Shown here one piece after another: positions 62,730 through 64,000 of a DNA stretch of 64,000 nt. The notes below the pieces were generated by a model that saw nothing but the letters and a program-made list of their open reading frames with translations, was not told the origin of the DNA and did not search any database. Made by a program: the position numbers and the translations under genes. This DNA comes from Macrostomum hystrix. Its lineage: Eukaryota > Animalia > Platyhelminthes. Positions within the stretch are counted from its first letter, which is position 1, and each line of letters opens with the position of its first letter. The DNA lies in contig CATNEN010000037.1 in the NCBI GenBank assembly GCA_950097015.1, forward strand, positions 2,790,001-2,854,000. Reading direction: 5' to 3'.

Positions 62730-62913
62730 TATAGGGATTGTGTCCAAATTGAAAGCCCGCTGCCCCAAACCCAACTAGGATCTATTTATTTAAGCAGTAA
62801 GCTAGATAGATAATGCTAAATTATAGGGATTGTGTCCAAATTGAAAGCCCGCTGCCCCAAACCCAACTAGGATCTATTTATTTAAGCAGTAAGCTAGATA
62901 GATAATGCTAAAT
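62730..62913. repeat. Tandem duplication of a 92-bp unique segment
   Basis: 62730-62821 repeated at 62822-62913. Confidence 0.9.
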
Positions 62914-63401
62914 TATTTGACAGTTTGTGATTCAAGTTTCCTTGCATCAAATCATCCCAGTCAAGCTATTTACTCAGTGAATACTTTTGTGTCAATAAAA
63001 TTATTTTGTTTTATAGCTGTTCAGACGAATCTCTACTGTTGTTTCGATATTAGAAATGATTATTTTTGTAATGTCTACCGATTTGTTGTATCAATAGCAG
63101 ACAGTTGCTAGACAATTCTCGGTGCTTGCTCGTACATTATTAATGTGTCAAATTTTAGCATTCAAATATACACATCTGTTTACAATTCACAATCATGTTT
63201 GTTTATCAAGCTTGCCTTGAACTAGCAACTTACTGGGCTATTTTTTTGCCATACGAAATCGGACAATAATTCAAATGCTATGTTACTCTTAGTGAGATTT
63301 TAATTTAAACAACTGGTTTCCTTGCTTGCTGCATACGTCGATTGTGTGAATATTTAAATCCTCGATTTCGAGAATCATGGATGTGGGATTTCGCTCGTTA
63401 A

Positions 63402-63760
63402 TAATGATAATAATAATTGCAGGAGGGCTGCGGGCAATGGCACATCATTTAGTGACACTAGACCCGCAGCCAGCGAGGAGGCAATTCTGCCCATTTTGCT
63501 CACTCCTGAGCACACACGCACACCGATACTGTACGCAGGCACACGCTCACACAGGTGTGTACATCTGCCCTGACTTTCTCATATGAGGCAGTGAACACTT
63601 TCACTGTGCCTTGGAGGTTGGCCCTCAAGGGCGTGAATTGCACGACAAGCCCCCAAAGTCTTCTCTCCGCGGCGGCGCCCCAAATAAATGTGGCCTCGCC
63701 GTGGAGGAATCGAACTTTGGGACCGTGGTGCGAGAGGCAAGCGCGCCACCGACACCCCTG
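63402..63760 (-). mobile_element. SINE family A, full-length copy
   Basis: Minus-strand B box GTTCGATTCC, same body and ATT tail as the 56226 copy. Confidence 0.88.
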
Positions 63761-63871
63761 GGATTTCCCTCTGTTGTATATTATTCAGCTAGGATGTACC
63801 TATTTGTGAATCATCGATGTGGGATTTTCCTCTGTTGTATATCTAGTTGAGCTGGGATTCCCCTTTGTGTG

Positions 63872-64000
63872 GTTGCTAGGGTGGACACTAGGGTTGCTAT
63901 GGTACCGGTAACAATAGTGCTAGGGTTGCTAGGGTGGACACTAGGGTTGCTATGGTACCGGTAACAATAGTGCTAAAGGTTGCTAGGGTAACACATAGGC
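63872..64000. repeat. Start of a ~54-bp tandem repeat (GGGTTGCTAGGGTGGACACTAGGGTTGCTATGGTACCGGTAACAATAGTGCTA), truncated by the window end
   Basis: About two copies visible. Confidence 0.75.

Overview
Eukaryotic (animal) genomic DNA: spliceosomal introns, GC3-rich exons, AT-rich intergenic DNA, tRNA-derived SINEs and a different minisatellite in many introns. The overall style resembles the free-living flatworm Macrostomum (inference only, not demonstrable from the window). The first 29.5 kb is mostly tandem repeat: a 13.3-kb 15-mer satellite with higher-order structure plus about ten unrelated minisatellites. Short unique spacers between them hold candidate + strand exons of an unidentified gene. 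The remaining 34 kb contains an intronless neuropeptide-type class A GPCR with altered DRY and NPxxY motifs behind an E-box array, a 4-exon stomatin gene with a GC-AG intron, and an intronless IER-family polyQ gene. It also contains two tandem EGF+TM ligand-like paralogs, CDC37, two tandem PH-FYVE (PLEKHF/Phafin) paralogs with different intron content, two SINE families and a MITE. Exon structures were assembled by hand from splice signals and frame continuity. No database searches were run, so family names rest on recalled motifs. I found no unambiguous novel system. The strongest leads are the atypical EGF-ligand pair, the IER-like gene, the atypical GPCR with its E-box array, and minisatellites whose units mimic adjacent splice sites.
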